The notes under the pieces are model-generated. The model did not search any database, had not been told where the DNA came from, and was given only the letters and a program-made list of their open reading frames with translations. Source: Obrimoposthia wandeli (Eukaryota). Taken from it: a DNA stretch of 64,000 nt. The stretch lies in the NCBI GenBank assembly GCA_977020255.1, contig CDROCS010002459.1, forward strand, positions 1 through 64,000. Reading direction: 5' to 3'. Below, piece after piece: positions 27,825-41,114 of this stretch; position 1 is the first letter of the stretch, and each line of letters begins with the position of its first letter. A program made the translations under genes and the position numbers.

Positions 27825-28445
27825 ATGAAAGAGTATATGCAATGGAGCTTAAATAATAATGCTGTATTTCAAATAGTTGGCCCTAGTGGAAGTGGAAAGA
27901 CACATTTCAAGTCTGTAACATGTAAAATGAATCTCTTTTCAAATCTAGTTTCAAAAAATATTTATTGGCATCATGGTGGAGGCGGAAAGTGGGTTAACCA
28001 AAACAGAAGTTTTTCAAGTTGAAGGGTATAAAATTTATTGAAGGATTTGATGCAAATTGGTGAAAGATTGAAAAAGAAGATGTAATAATAATTGATGATT
28101 TGTATGAGGATGCTAACAAGGAATCGGACTTTAATAATTTATTTTACAAAGATTGCAAGACATCGTGAAGTAACAGTTATATTTATCACTCAAAAATCTG
28201 TTTCACTCAAGGAGGTCACCATAGAACAAGAAATCTTAATGTACACATTTAGTTTTATTTAAAAATCCAAGAGATCAAACAGTTGTTGATTTTATGGCCA
28301 GACAGGCATTTCTCAAAATAAGAACTTTCTAGTTGATTCACTCCACGATGCTGCTAAACAAGCACATGGGTATATATTTATTGACTTAAGCTTTCCCAGA
28401 TGATTTACGTGTTTTAACAGACATATTTAATTCAAGGGAGTAACT
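27825..28445 (+). pseudogene. A32-like DNA packaging ATPase
   Basis: Walker A GPSGSGKT, Walker B IIIDD, ARH, IFITQ, FKNPRD; several frameshifts. Confidence 0.92.
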
Positions 28446-28654
28446 GTTTATAAAACAAATAGAGCATCAATTATAAAAAAATAAATCGCAATGCCTTACA
28501 AAGTTGATAGTAAAACGTAAAGTAAAATCTAAGAAATCAAAAAATAATCATTAAGAAAAAAGAAGTGAAAAAATTAATCAAATCTGTAGTTAAAATAAAA
28601 AACTTAAATGGCTTCGAATATAAACAATATTTAAATTGAACCTTTTTATTAAAA

Positions 28655-28990
28655 ATGAAGAAAATACAAAGAAGCATACCCTATTTTAAAGCTTTAGTCA
28701 AAGCCTCTTCTAATAAGAGAATGATTATTCTAAAGCATTTCCATCCTTTTGTTGTAGATGATTTATTGGAAGTTTTGTATAATATAGTTTTGGGTCGTGT
28801 AAAAGTTGGAAATTGGAAAAATATTTTAAAGAAATATAGAAAAACTCTTCTAGATATTGCTAATGTAAAAAGTAAAAAAAGGAAACGAAATATTATTCTT
28901 AAACAGAATGGTGGTTTCCATAGGGGCTGTTATTCCAGTTGTTGCTTCAATTATCAGTAGTATTATAGCTGCGACACGTTCATAAACAAT
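28655..28990 (+). pseudogene. Small basic conserved Polinton protein (PW-like)
   Basis: K/R-rich, LYNIVLGRV, C-terminal KQNGGF followed by a hydrophobic tail (frameshifted). Confidence 0.65.
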
Positions 28991-29072
28991 TATTTCTAAA
29001 ATCAGCTAAAGATATAAGTGCTAGCCCTTCTTTTACCTAAACTTAAATTTTCTTTCTATTCAAATTGTTGTA

Positions 29073-30106
29073 ATGGAGAAGATATGGTTCAATCCAAAAT
29101 CCTTTAATTGGCTACACAGGTGTTTCAAAATTAGCAAAAAGAACAAAACAAAAATTGCAAGAAAACGCAGAAATGGCTGAAATGCGACCCGCTTAGCCTA
29201 CAGTCTGAACAAGCCGATGAGAAGAAGGTTTCCAACTAGAGCTTACAAAACCAGCGGTCATAATAATTTATGGCAAATGGATTTGATGGAGATGATCCCA
29301 TATTCTTCCATTAATAAGTGGGATATCGATATATTTTAGCTATGTATTGATGTATTTACCAGGTTTGCTCTCGTGCAATTCCAGTTAAAGCAAAGTCTTC
29401 AATAGCTATGCTTGAAGCTATTAAAGAAATATTAAAGAGGACATTCCACAAAATGTGCAAACTGATTTAGGAAAAGAATTTTATAATAAGCAAGTTCAAT
29501 CATTATTTAAACAAAATAATATAAACTATTACTCTTGCTTTCACAATACAAAGCAGCAGTAGTAGAAAGATTTTCCTAATCGTACTCTAAGAGATCGAAT
29601 AAAAAAGTATTTCACAAAAGAAGGAAATAAAAAAATGATCCAAGTTTTACCTAAATAATACATGCATATATAATCACTTGAACATAGAGGTCTCAAGGAA
29701 TGAGACCTGTTGATGTTACTAATAAAAACTCTATAGACATTTGATGAACAGGAATAAAAAGAAAATATTAAAAAGCTAAATATAAAAACGAATATGTTGA
29801 ATTTCGAAAATTAGCTCTACTCCATTTATTAAAAAACTTTGATCAGAATTGGAGCTATGAAAATATTTTGTATAAGTAAATTGACTAAAAAGAGTAATCC
29901 AATAATGTATACTATTAAAGATGCTGACAATAATATCGTTCACGGTAAATTTTACGAGCAAGAACTACAAGTAACATCAAATAAACCTAGCGTTTTCCGT
30001 ATTCAAAAAAAATATTAAAAATCTATGGGTACAGGTAAACATAAACAATACTTTGTTAAATGGCATGGTTATTCAGACCCAACTTTGGATATCAGCATCT
30101 AATATA
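29073..30106 (+). pseudogene. int: Retroviral-type DDE integrase with C-terminal chromodomain
   Basis: LWQMDL, CIDVFTR, VQTDLGKEFYN, AAVVERF, KFYEQELQ, YFVKWHGYS. Confidence 0.95.
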
Positions 30107-30108
30107 AT

Positions 30109-31135
30109 ATGAATTCTATGTATATGGTTTTACCAAGTAACGGATGTCCGAAGATCAACTGAGAATATCGCTAGTAGCTTTATTATCGATTGGGAACATT
30201 CTATAAATCTCCAAGGAGAATGGAAGCGGCTTTAACAGAATTTTTATTTTTATTATTCTCCAATTACTATCAAAAACTCACATATTTCGTTTACAAAAGA
30301 AGTTGATTATGAAAACAACCGAAGTTGTGATCGGGTTTGATAGTAAAGGACAATTCTATTACAATTGTATAGATAAAGAAGTGAAAGTAATATTTGAAAG
30401 CAACAAAAGTCAGATTTAAAAAATCGATTAAAATTTCTTCAAGTTATTAAAATTAATTTGAATCTAAAAGAAGCTCTTCAATTCAGTTTTGATAGTGAAC
30501 AAACAGTAGCTCGTTATAAACGGATATTATCTCATCTAATTCGGTTAGAAATGTTCCTGGTAGAGTAGCAAAAGTGTTGTTACTTGAAACGAGAACAAAG
30601 ACTGTAGTGGAACTGAAAACGTTTTCAAAAAGATTATAAAATAGATAGTGAAGTGAATTTCTGTAAATTAATACAGAAGGAATGTAGTGAATATTTGGAT
30701 AAATGTGAAAACATTAAATGGTAAACAACGTTTACAGTAAAGAGCAATATAAAACGAGTTTCATTTGATGATAAACTCGCTAAAACCTTGGTTTAAAACA
30801 GAAATACCTTTGAAACCTATACAATAAAAACCATAAAAGCTAAAAAATAAGGCAAAAACCTTTAAATGCTGTTAATCATTTATATATTTATACTAATTTA
30901 ATAGAATCAACGCTTGTAGGAGGACAGCGAGTTCCACTTGAGAACAATATGATATCTAAAATGAAACTAGAGATGGGGCCACTGTCGGTATGTGTATAGA
31001 TCAACCAATGTATCTTCCAGTTTCTTCTATAAACAATATTGAAGTAAATATTATCGATGATTCCAGACAACTAATAGATTTCCCACGTACGGGGCCAAGA
31101 CAAGCTTAACAATACATTTAAGAAAACAAAATGGC
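30109..31135 (+). pseudogene. Minor capsid protein (penton, PX)
   Basis: MVLPSN...INLQGEW at the N-terminus; LYIYTNLIE..LVG...VPL, PMYLPV, IEVNI at the C-terminus. Confidence 0.85.
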
Positions 31136-31505
31136 GAATCCAGCAATAATTGAGCTTATAGTCAAAAGCCAACAAGGTGGAGAATTACCATATTTTGTTG
31201 GTAAACAATACGGATCTGGCTGGCTTAGAACATTAGGTAGATTTGGCTCTTTCCTCTTTTAAAGAGAATCGGGTGATTTATATCAAAAATTAGAAAGGAT
31301 TACCTTTCATCTAATGACAATAAACTAATACCAACTTTAAGAAGCATGCGCTTGATGAACTTGATAATGTTTACCTGAAGTTGCTAATTTGATTAGAAAA
31401 CGTAAATCAAATGCGTGCCAAGGAGGTAGTGGATTTAAAAGTAAAAAGAAGCTAAAAATAATATAAACAAACGTAAGAATGTTGAAGGAACAATATTTGG
31501 TAAAA
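31131..31505 (+). pseudogene. PZ-like protein with Gly motifs
   Basis: SQQGGELPYFVGKQYGSGWLRTLGRF and QGGSG. Confidence 0.7.
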
Positions 31506-32786
31506 TGAGTTGCGCCAAAACTGAATTATGTATTTGATAAACTGCTTCCACAAGTAGTTGTAGATAATGCTTCCTTTGAAGAAATATTCCTAGTTAACTC
31601 AGTTTCAGGAACCACTTTAACCGATTTAGAATTTAATATTAATGGCTCCAATAGCGAGTATTTAGATTTGAAATTTATACTGCTTTATGTTCAAATAAAA
31701 GCGCTAAAATTGATGGTATCAATTTAAATGAAAAATGCCGATAACACCCGTAAATTATCTGGCTTAATTCTTTATTTAATGATGCCATTGTTACCTTATC
31801 AATGTCAAAATTGAAGGTGGAAATTCTTCCTATGCTCATAAAGCTTTGATTGAAAGTCTTTTGAATTATAGTACTGATACTCCAAATACTAATTTGGCAA
31901 CCATTGGTTATGATAAAACTGGATGCAACTCGCAATGAATGGATTGCAGGTTCTAAAGCTTACGAAATGTGTGGGTCTTTGAGATTGAATTTCTTTGAAC
32001 AACCGAAATATTATTTAATTCCTGGTGTTAATGTACATCTTCTTTTGAAACGTAATAAATGGAATTTTTCTTTGGTGATAAGCACGGACATTCTAAAAAC
32101 CTAGACTTGATATTTTGGATGCAAAATTGTATAGTGAAGAGTTAAAACCGAGCAATCAGTTTTAATGGCACATAATATAGTAATGGAAAAAACAATGCTT
32201 GTTATCCTATTAGAGAAACTAAACTTATATCTTATTCTTTAGGTACGGGTACACAAGCTTTTAATAAGGATCAAATTTTTTGGTGATGTAAGATTACCGA
32301 AATTCATTTTAATTTCTTTTTCAAAAACTGCAAAGTTTCTGGGACATTATACGACAGATGCAACTCAATTTGACAATCTTAATGTTGGTTCAGTGACACT
32401 TTCAAGAAATACTGATTATCGTGAAACATATAAAACAGATTTCGAAGGTAACGCTTATGCTTTGGCTTATACCCAATCTATTATTTGGAATTTGGGTCAA
32501 CTAGATAAAATATAAACAATGGTATTTCTTTCACTGACTTTCAAAACAGCTGCCCGTTCTTCAAATTTGTTTTGGCACCAGACTTTGATATAAACCAATG
32601 CCAACTACCAAACAATGGAAATTTACGACTAGAAATTAAGTTCAATGCAGCTTTGTAACAAATCCTACTACGGTGCTTATTTACGGAGTATTTGATTCAG
32701 AAATACAAATCAATAAAAACAGAACTGTCATATTATGGAATGGAGTAAGACATATTTTAAATTTATATTTATTAATTTTTATTTAG
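31505..32786 (+). pseudogene. Major capsid protein (double jelly-roll, PY)
   Basis: LEFNINGSNSEYLDL, QPKY.IPGVNV, LPKFILI, GNLRLEIKF, VLIYGVFDSEIQINKNR. Confidence 0.88.
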
Positions 32787-33130
32787 TTCAAAACAAGTAA
32801 AAAGAATCAGCAGAGAATGTCCTGGTTGATAAATTCAATGGAGTTTATCCTATTGATATGATTCCATTTTTTTCAATCTGGAGGTTACATTATCAATACT
32901 CATACTTCGAATTTATCAGGAGAACATTGGATAGCTATTTTTGTTAGAGAGTGGACAATACATGTATTCGATCCACTTGCAATGTATTATCCACACAAAC
33001 TTGTTTCAACTATTCAAAAAGGACGAAGAAGAGTATTTTACAACAAGATACAATATCAGGATCCTGCGACGAGAAACTGTGGACATTTATGTATTTTATG
33101 GTTATCGTTGCAAAACGATATGTGTTATAA
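32740..33130 (+). pseudogene. pro: Adenain-like cysteine protease, copy 1 (probable intron 32745-32786)
   Basis: GVYPIDMIP, GEHW, FDP, YQ, CGH catalytic motifs. Confidence 0.9.
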
Positions 33131-33394
33131 AAAAAAAAATTTTAAATGTTTTATTTTGAATTATTTTTTAAATCTCTAAAAAATATAAGGGTAAAATAAT
33201 AAAAGACATAAGACACTTATTTTTAATACATTTATTAATCACAACATCACACTGAGATATGTCAGCAAAGATAAGGCATAATAAATAGGGTCCATCCTAA
33301 AAAGGGATGGAAATAACAAATAAGTTAGAGTCTAAGTGCCATAAGGATCTAAACTTTTAAAAAAACTAAACTAAAAATCAAAAATGAAAACCGT

Positions 33395-36061
33395 TTAAAT
33401 TCTGAAGTGTCCATAAGCCAGGCTAGCGTTCTTTTCTACCCAAAAGCGCTTGTCGTCATTACTACTTAAAGCGATTTTGCTGATTTATGGGAATACAGTT
33501 GATGGGCTCTTGAAATAAATCTAATTTGCTCAACTCTTTCAATACGCCCAGTATCATAAACATTTCGGTCGGCCTCATGTGTAAGATTGTTTCTTCCCAC
33601 ACCCTTTTCTCTCATTGAACATGTATTATTAGATGCATGTAAACTGTAGCATTTAGGGCGTAGGAAAATACAATCATCATACGAAACCTGTCCTCGCTTT
33701 GATCCTTAAATTTCCCGATAATGTCCTTTAAACTCATAGAGTGTAGAGGATGGTTAGCGGGATATTTATGGGTATCTAGTAAGTTGTCCCTAAACATTGC
33801 TGGTAATAATTGATTATTTAAACTAACATTCCTACATTCTAAAAAGAAATAGTCAGTGTCCCCAGCTGCGATTTTAATCTCACAATTAAATTCTTGTCGG
33901 TATTTCTCCAATTCTATGTATTGAAGCTCATACATTCTGAGTTTAGAAATGTCTAAAACCGTTTGACCTATATAACTCGGTCGATCGAGACAAATACTTT
34001 GTTTTCCTAATAACACTGCTACCAAGTCATCTGCAATTGTAAAACTACGCTTGAAGTTGTACTTGCTAGTATATGTTATTAGTTTACGCTCATCATTGCA
34101 AAACCGTAGACAAATACGTTTCTGCAAGTCCTCTACAGTTTTTCCAAAGAGACTATTACTTTTTAACTTGTAAAATCCCGATCGAATTTGCTAGTGGCCA
34201 AATTACGTTTTCTTGAATTCTTCTCAATATAGTCTTTAAACACAAAGTTTTGACTGAAGCTTATAGCACGATGAATCTGAGTAACTTTCGCTCCCAACTT
34301 TAAGTAGAATTGAAGAAGCCGCCAATGCATAACATAATTCAACTTGTCTTCATGGGTTAACAATAATTTCTTAACCTTTAAATTAGATGGGCATTGATGA
34401 ACAGGCGCTACTGGAAGATCATCTAATTTATCATGCACATTGGGAGGGACTTTTATGTCCACCTCAACCAAATAGCCAACGTCGGATGAAACTGTATCAA
34501 CAGTAGCCAAATCTGTCATCAACTTATTCAACTGATCCACATCATAAACCCACTTAAAGTTGGCATGAGGTAGAGGTTGAGTAAGCGCCCACCCATACAA
34601 ATTATTAATATCGATGTACAGAATCTCCGTGGATTGATTTTTGACAACATGATGTTTGTTGACAAAGTCATTCCACCGCGTATACCATAATCATACATTT
34701 GATACATCGCGGATCTTGCAGTAACTCGATATTAATTTTAAGAGTTTTTATTGCTGTTGCCCATGAAAGACCAGGTAAACTAAAGAAATGCATGGGATCT
34801 AGCCCATCTTCTGCTAAAGACTTTACACTAAAGGACTCAAAAACATTAGCTAAAAGATAAATGTCTAACTTCATATAATAAAGCATATATTCGAGAAGAT
34901 TTTGACAATTATTCACCCAAAATGTATGGGCCTCATTCTAGTCTTGAAGACTTACACTTTCAAATTCAGTTATGGGTGGGATTTCAGTTGTATTTTCTAA
35001 ATCTGCGAAAGTTTTCGCAAATTTATACGGAAAAAATCCCCTTATCGATAACCGAAGCTGGGAACACTGACTGTGTAATTGACCATGCATTTAAAGATGC
35101 CGTTACATTTTTTAAAGACCCGCTCAAAAACTGATGAGAATCTATGAATCTTAAACTGCAGAATTCAGTATATGCAGTTAAAGATAAATATTTATCTGAA
35201 GTTTGAGGTATAAATGAAATTTCCCAATAGCTTAATGTACCTAACGCGTATTTAAGTATATGATGTAAATCATATCCTTTGAGATTATGAAACACGATGG
35301 GAATGCGTGGTTTTTTAGGGAGACGACGGCCAAGGTTACAGAGGTTGCACGCCGCTCTCAAGTATCGCCCCATAACATGATCGTGATCTCTGACTAACTT
35401 AGACTGGGTTCCACACAAATAACATAATCTACAAAAATTAAAATTAACCCAGCCTATGCCTGTCATGATCATTGTTTGATGAACATTGAGATCATACCAC
35501 GGTTTGACAATTGTTGTTCCTAATTCTTTTAATTTTAACATAACATCTAAAATACAATTTGAACCGGAAAATTTATGATACTGTGTAATATTGGGGCCTA
35601 AAAATAGTAGTCCTGCCGAAGCCGGTAGGTGAATACTCTCATACTGGTCGTGCAATACTAAATTGACTCAAAATCTGCATACACCCTGAATTCCACGGGT
35701 ATGCATTTTGCCCAATCCCTGAATTTTAAATCCTTATCCTTAGTCATGCTGTATAGCGTATTTTCATCAGGATTCAGTGAACATAATGTGAGATGTTTGC
35801 TGTAAGAGAGCTCGGATCGGAACCCATGCAAACATCTATGACACCACTTACACCTTATCCTAACCGGTAAGGCTCCATTATCTAAATTTAGAAGACGATC
35901 TAAATTGGGAATTGCAGCATAATGGAATTTTTTATTATGTTCGAGCAAAATTAAGTTGACCTGAGTCCCCTCATTTTTACTCCTATAAATTACATCTACA
36001 AAAGGATTTTTAAAAATTTCTTCATCTGTTACATTAACTGGGATATCAGTATTAAATTTGA
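33395..36061 (-). pseudogene. pPolB: pPolB, 5'-truncated duplicate
   Basis: YADFE, FHNLKGYD, polymerase motifs A/B/C, C-terminal LAYGHF. Confidence 0.92.
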
Positions 36062-36250
36062 TTATTTATTTATTTATTTATTTATTTATCTATTTATTTA
36101 TTTATATATTTATCAAACATTTATTAATGTGAACGCAATCAATTTCTCAAAGGCCCCATAGGGGCCTCTTCTACTTTACGTAGGTCCGGGTCTCAATATG
36201 CTGCTGGTCCTCGGTAGCAGTAACAGTAGCTGCTTGGGGTCTCGGTTTCG

Positions 36251-36700
36251 TCATTGAACTTTGAGTAGGTCCGCGTACTTTTTCAGTACTATTACGTCAT
36301 CGCAGGGTACAGTTTTGGGCCCCTCGGCAGTCTCGATTGTAGCGGGGCCACCTTTTCGGCCATTACCCGTAACCGACCGCAGGTCGGTTTTCGGGTACGA
36401 TTTCTCCTCCTGTCCATGTCGAGATTTCGAACTCTGACCACCACTATTCAAATCTCCCAACAAATCTGTTCGATTGTTGATAAAAGGTCTCTTTTCGGCA
36501 TACGAATCTGCTGCTTCCTCTAGACTAATGTTGTTCTTTGCTATTACAAATTTGTCGATAATACCAGACAGTATCTTTGCGCACTCCTCGTTGACATCAT
36601 AGTTTCGCAGTAACCCAAAAATATCGTCTTGGGCCCCCTGCAGGAGGTTATAATTACTCCCTTTGTTTACCTGCGCTTCATTTTTTCTCTTCCTGACCAT
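36251..36700 (-). CDS. Uninterrupted 149-aa ORF of unknown function inside the retro insert
   Basis: Open frame in otherwise decayed surroundings; no recognisable domain. Confidence 0.4.
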   Translation of the reverse strand: MVRKRKNEAQVNKGSNYNLLQGAQDDIFGLLRNYDVNEECAKILSGIIDKFVIAKNNISLEEAADSYAEKRPFINNRTDLLGDLNSGGQSSKSRHGQEEKSYPKTDLRSVTGNGRKGGPATIETAEGPKTVPCDDVIVLKKYADLLKVQ

Positions 36701-36799
36701 GTCGAAGTTTTCAGATTTTATTATTTTTATTCAGATATTTATAAACAATTTTTTTTTTCTTATTAATAAGGGGCTCATTTTCGGCACACGAATCTGCTG

Positions 36800-37050
36800 T
36801 TGTTTGTTGGTTGTTGGTTGGTGTTTGGTGTTTTTTTTGTGGTTGGTGGTTGTTGGGTGGTGGTTGGTGGTTGTTGGTTGTTGGTTGTTGGTTGTTGGTT
36901 GTTGATTGTTGGTTGTTGGTTGTTGGTTGTTGGTTGTTGATTGTTGGTTGTTGGTTGTTGGTTGTTGGTTGTTGGTTGTTGGTTGTTGGTTGTTGGTTGT
37001 TGGTTGTTGTTGTTTGTTGTTGTTGTTTTTATTTTTTTTTGTTTTTTTTT
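36800..37050. repeat. (TTGTTGG)n 7-mer array plus T-rich tract, i.e. an A-rich/CCAACAA tail on the minus strand
   Basis: Direct reading; about 20 clean units at ~36869-37007. Confidence 0.95.
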
Positions 37051-37711
37051 TATTTTACGTAGTTCCAGGCCTCAATCTTCTCCAGCTCCTCGGCTGACAA
37101 CTTATCCAGGATCCCAGTTGTATGACTCGAGAATTTAGCCCACGAGGCCGCTGTATGTTCGATGGTTTTCAGGGTTAGTCGGATCTTGATATCCTTGATT
37201 TCCTTTGCTTTAAAACCAGCATTTGCAAAGATCCGGTTATTGATTTCAGGCCAGAAGCCGAGGGTCCCGATCCTTAGCGCGTAGAGTTGCACGAGTTTTT
37301 CTGGGTGGCGGGTCTTTAGCATTTCAACGAGCTCCGCGTATTTGGACATAGTTTCGGTGAGCCTCAGATCAAATGACATGTCAGAGTCAAACGGGATCTT
37401 GATCTCTATCAGCATCACCTTATAGTCAGTCTCGATCGTTATGTCTGGTCGTGGTCTGCAGCTGTTTCCGTTATCGTCTACACATAAGTGGGTCAGCTCT
37501 TGAGTTACCTGTCCTGGATATTTTAGTTCCATGACCCTTGCAGTTTCCCGGCAGATCATGTCGTGTCTTTGAATTCGTAGTTTTGCTATGAGCTTACAAC
37601 CAACGATTGCATGGCTCATCGACTCTCGCTCCTGGCATCCCTTCCTGCATGGGGCGATCATATCAGTCCTGGGGCCTCGTACCTTCATGCGCCCGCACCT
37701 TTGTCCTCGTC
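37050..37711 (-). CDS. CCHC zinc knuckle + restriction-like endonuclease C-terminus (NeSL/Utopia/R2-like)
   Basis: CRKGC-x7-H-x4-C, RHD, RPD, IEIKIPFD, SKY, IGTLGFW. Confidence 0.9.
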
Positions 37712-40700
37712 TAACAAATCCTACTACGGTGCTTATTTACGGAGTATTTGATTCAGAAATACAAATCAATAAAAACAGAACTGTCATATTATGGAATGGA
37801 GTAAGACATATTTTAAATTTATATTTATTAATTTTTATTTAGTTCAAAACAAGTAAAAGAATCAGCAGAGAATGTCCTGGTTGATAAATTCAATGGAGTT
37901 TATCCTATTGATATGATTCCATTTTTTCAATCTGGAGGTTACATTATCAATACTCATACTTCGAATTTATCAGGAGAACATTGGATAGCTATTTATGTTA
38001 GAGAGTGGACAATACATGTATTCGATCCACTTGCAATGTATTATCCACACAAACTTGTTTCAACTATTCAAAAAGGACGAAGAAGAGTATTTTACAACAA
38101 GATACAATATCAGGATCCTGCGACGAGAAACTGTGGACATTTATGTATTTTATGGTTATCGTTGCAAAACGATAAGTGTGTTATAAAAATAAAAATTTTA
38201 AATGTTTTATTTTGAATTATTTTTTAAATCTCTAAAAATATAAGGGTAAAATAATAAAAGACATAAGACAATTATTTTTAATACATTTATTAATCACAAC
38301 ATCACAATGAGATATGTCAGCAAAGATAAGGCATAATAAATAAGGTCCATCCTAAAAGGTATTGAAATAACAAATAAGTTAGAGTCTAAGTGCCATAAGG
38401 ATCTAAACTTTTAAAAAACTAAACTAAAAAATCAAAAAAATGAAAACCGTTTAAATTCTGAAGTGTCCATAAGCCAGGCTAAGTTTTTTCTACCCAAAAG
38501 CGCTTGTCGTCATTACTACTTAAAGCGATTTTGGTTGATTTATGGGAATACAGTTGATGGGCTCTTTTGAAATAAATCTAGTTTGCTCAACTCTTTCAAT
38601 ACACCCAGTATCATAAACTTTCCGGTAGGCTCATGTGTAAGATTGTTTCTTCCCACACCCTTTGCTCTCATTGAACATGTATTATTAGATGCATGTAAAC
38701 TGTAGCATTTAGGGCGTAGGAAAATACAATCATCATACGAAACCTGTCCTCGCTTTGATCCTTAAATTTCCCGATAATGTCCTTTAAACTCATAGAGTGT
38801 AGAGGATGGTTAGCGGGATATTTATGGGTATCTAGTAAGTTGTCCCTAAACATTGCTGGTAATAATTGATTATTTAAACTAACATTCCTACATTCTAAAA
38901 AAGAAATAGTCAGTGTCCCCAGCTGCGATTTTAATCTCACAATTAAATTCTTGTCGGTATTTCTCCAATTCTATGTATTGAAGCTCATACATTCTGAGTT
39001 TAGAAATGTCTAAAACCGTTTGACCTATATAACTCGGTCGATCGAGACAAATACTTTGTTTTCCTAATAACACTGCTACCAAGTCATCTGCAATTGTAAA
39101 ACTACGCTTGAAGTTGTACTTGCTAGTATATGTTATTAGTTTACGCTCATCATTGCAAAACCGTAGACAAATACGTTTCTGCAAGTCCTCTACAGTTTTT
39201 CCAAAGAGACTATTACTTTTTAACTTGTAAAAATCTCGATCGAATTTGCTAGTGGCCAAATTACGTTTTCTTGAATTCTTCTCAATATAGTCTTTAAACA
39301 CAAAGTTTTGACTGAAGCTTATAGCACGATGAATTCGAGTAACTTTCGCTCCCAACTTTAAGTAGAATTGAAGAAGCCGCCAATGCATAACATAATTCAA
39401 CTTGTCTTCATGGGTTAACAATAATTTCTTAACCTTTGAATTAGGTGGGCATTGATGAACAGGCGCTACTGGAAGATCATCTAATTTATCATGCACATTG
39501 GGAGGGACTTTTATGTCCACCTCAACCAAATAGCCAACGTCGGATGAAACTGTATCAACAGTAGCCAAATCTGTCATCAACTTATTCAACTGATCCACAT
39601 CATAAACCCACTTAAAGTTGGCATGAGGTAGAGGTTGAGTAAGCGCCCACCATAAAATTATTAATATCGATGTACAGAATCTCCGTGGATTGATTTTTGA
39701 CAACATGATGTTTGTTGACAAAAGTCATTCCACCGCGTATACCATAATCATACATTTGATACATCGCGGGATCTTGCAGTAACTCGATATTAATTTTAAG
39801 AGTTTTTATTGCTGTTGCCCATGAAAGACCAGGTAAACTAAAGAAATGCATGGGATCTAGCCCATCTTCTGCTAAAGACTTTACACGAAAGGACTCAAAA
39901 ACATTAGCTAAAAGATAAATGTCTAACTTCATATAATAAAGCATATATTCGAGAAGATTTTGACAATTATTCACCCAAAATGTACGGGCCTCATTCTAGT
40001 CTTGAAGACTTACACTTTCAAATTCAGTTATGGGTGGGATTTCAGTTGTATTTTCTAAATCTGCGAAAGTTTTCGCAAATTTATACGGAAAAAATCCCCT
40101 TATCGTTAACCGAAGCTGGGAACACTGACTGTGTAATTGGCTATGAATTTAAAGATGCAGTTAAATTTTTTAAAGACCGCTCAAAAACTGCAGAGAATCT
40201 ATGAATCTTAAACTGCAGAATTCAGTATATGCAGTTAAAGATAAATATTTCTCTGAAGTTTGAGGTATACATGAAATTTCCCAAGAGCTTAATGTACCCA
40301 ACGCGTATTTAAGTATATGATGCAAATCATATCCTTTGAGGTTATGAAACACGATGGGAATGCGTGGTTTTTTAGGGAGACGACGGCCAAGGTTAAAAAG
40401 GTTGCACGCCGCTACCAAGTATCGCCCCGTAACATGATCGTGATCTCTGACTAACTTAGACTGGGTTCCACACAAATAACATAATCTAAAAGAATTAAAA
40501 TTAACCCAGCCTATGCCTGTCATGATCATTGTTTGATGAACATTGAGATCATACCACGGTTTGACAATTGTTGTTCCTAATTCCTCTAATTTTAACATAA
40601 AATCTAAAATACAATTTGGACCGGAAAATTTATGATACTGGGTAATATTGGGGCCTAAGAATAGTAGTCCTGCCGAAGCCGGTAGGTGAATACTCTCATA

Positions 40701-41114
40701 CTGGTCGTGCAATGCTAAAATTGACTCAAAATCTGCATACACCCTGAATTCCACGGGTATGCATTTTGCCCAATCCCTGAATTTTAAATCCTTATCCTTA
40801 GGCATGCTATATAGCGTATTGTCATCAGGATTCAGTGAACATAATGTCAGATGTTTGCTGTAAGAGAGCTCGGATCGGAACCCATGCAAACATCTATGAC
40901 ACCACTTACACCTTATCCTAACCGGTAAGGCTCCATTATCTAAATTTAGAAGACGATCTAAATTGAGAATTGCAGCATAATGGAATTTTATTATGTTCGA
41001 GCAAAATTAAGTTGACCTGAGTCCCTCATTTTACTCCTATAAATTACATCTACAAAAGGATTTTTAAAATTTCTTCATCTGTTACATTAACTGGGATATC
41101 AGTATTAAATTTGA
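37712..41114. repeat. Copy 2 of the 3.4-kb direct duplication
   Basis: Matches 32656-36061. Confidence 0.95.
37796..38215 (+). pseudogene. pro: Adenain-like cysteine protease, copy 2 (probable intron 37801-37842)
   Basis: SGEHWIAIY, FDP, YQ, NCGHLC in one open frame 37913-38215. Confidence 0.9.

Larger units (their letters stand above)
32656..36061. repeat. Copy 1 of the 3.4-kb direct duplication
   Basis: Matches 37712-41114 from taacaaatcctactacgg to gtattaaatttga. Confidence 0.95.
36062..37711 (-). mobile_element. 5'-truncated RLE-type non-LTR retrotransposon insert
   Basis: RLE ORF, (TAAA)n tail at 36062-36113 preceded by AATAAA (36125-36120), stem-loop aggcccc-ata-ggggcct at 36151-36167. 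Confidence 0.88.

Noticed and set aside
36663-37138. Plus-strand LVVGCW-repeat ORFs
   Set aside because: Artefacts of the TTGTTGG array.
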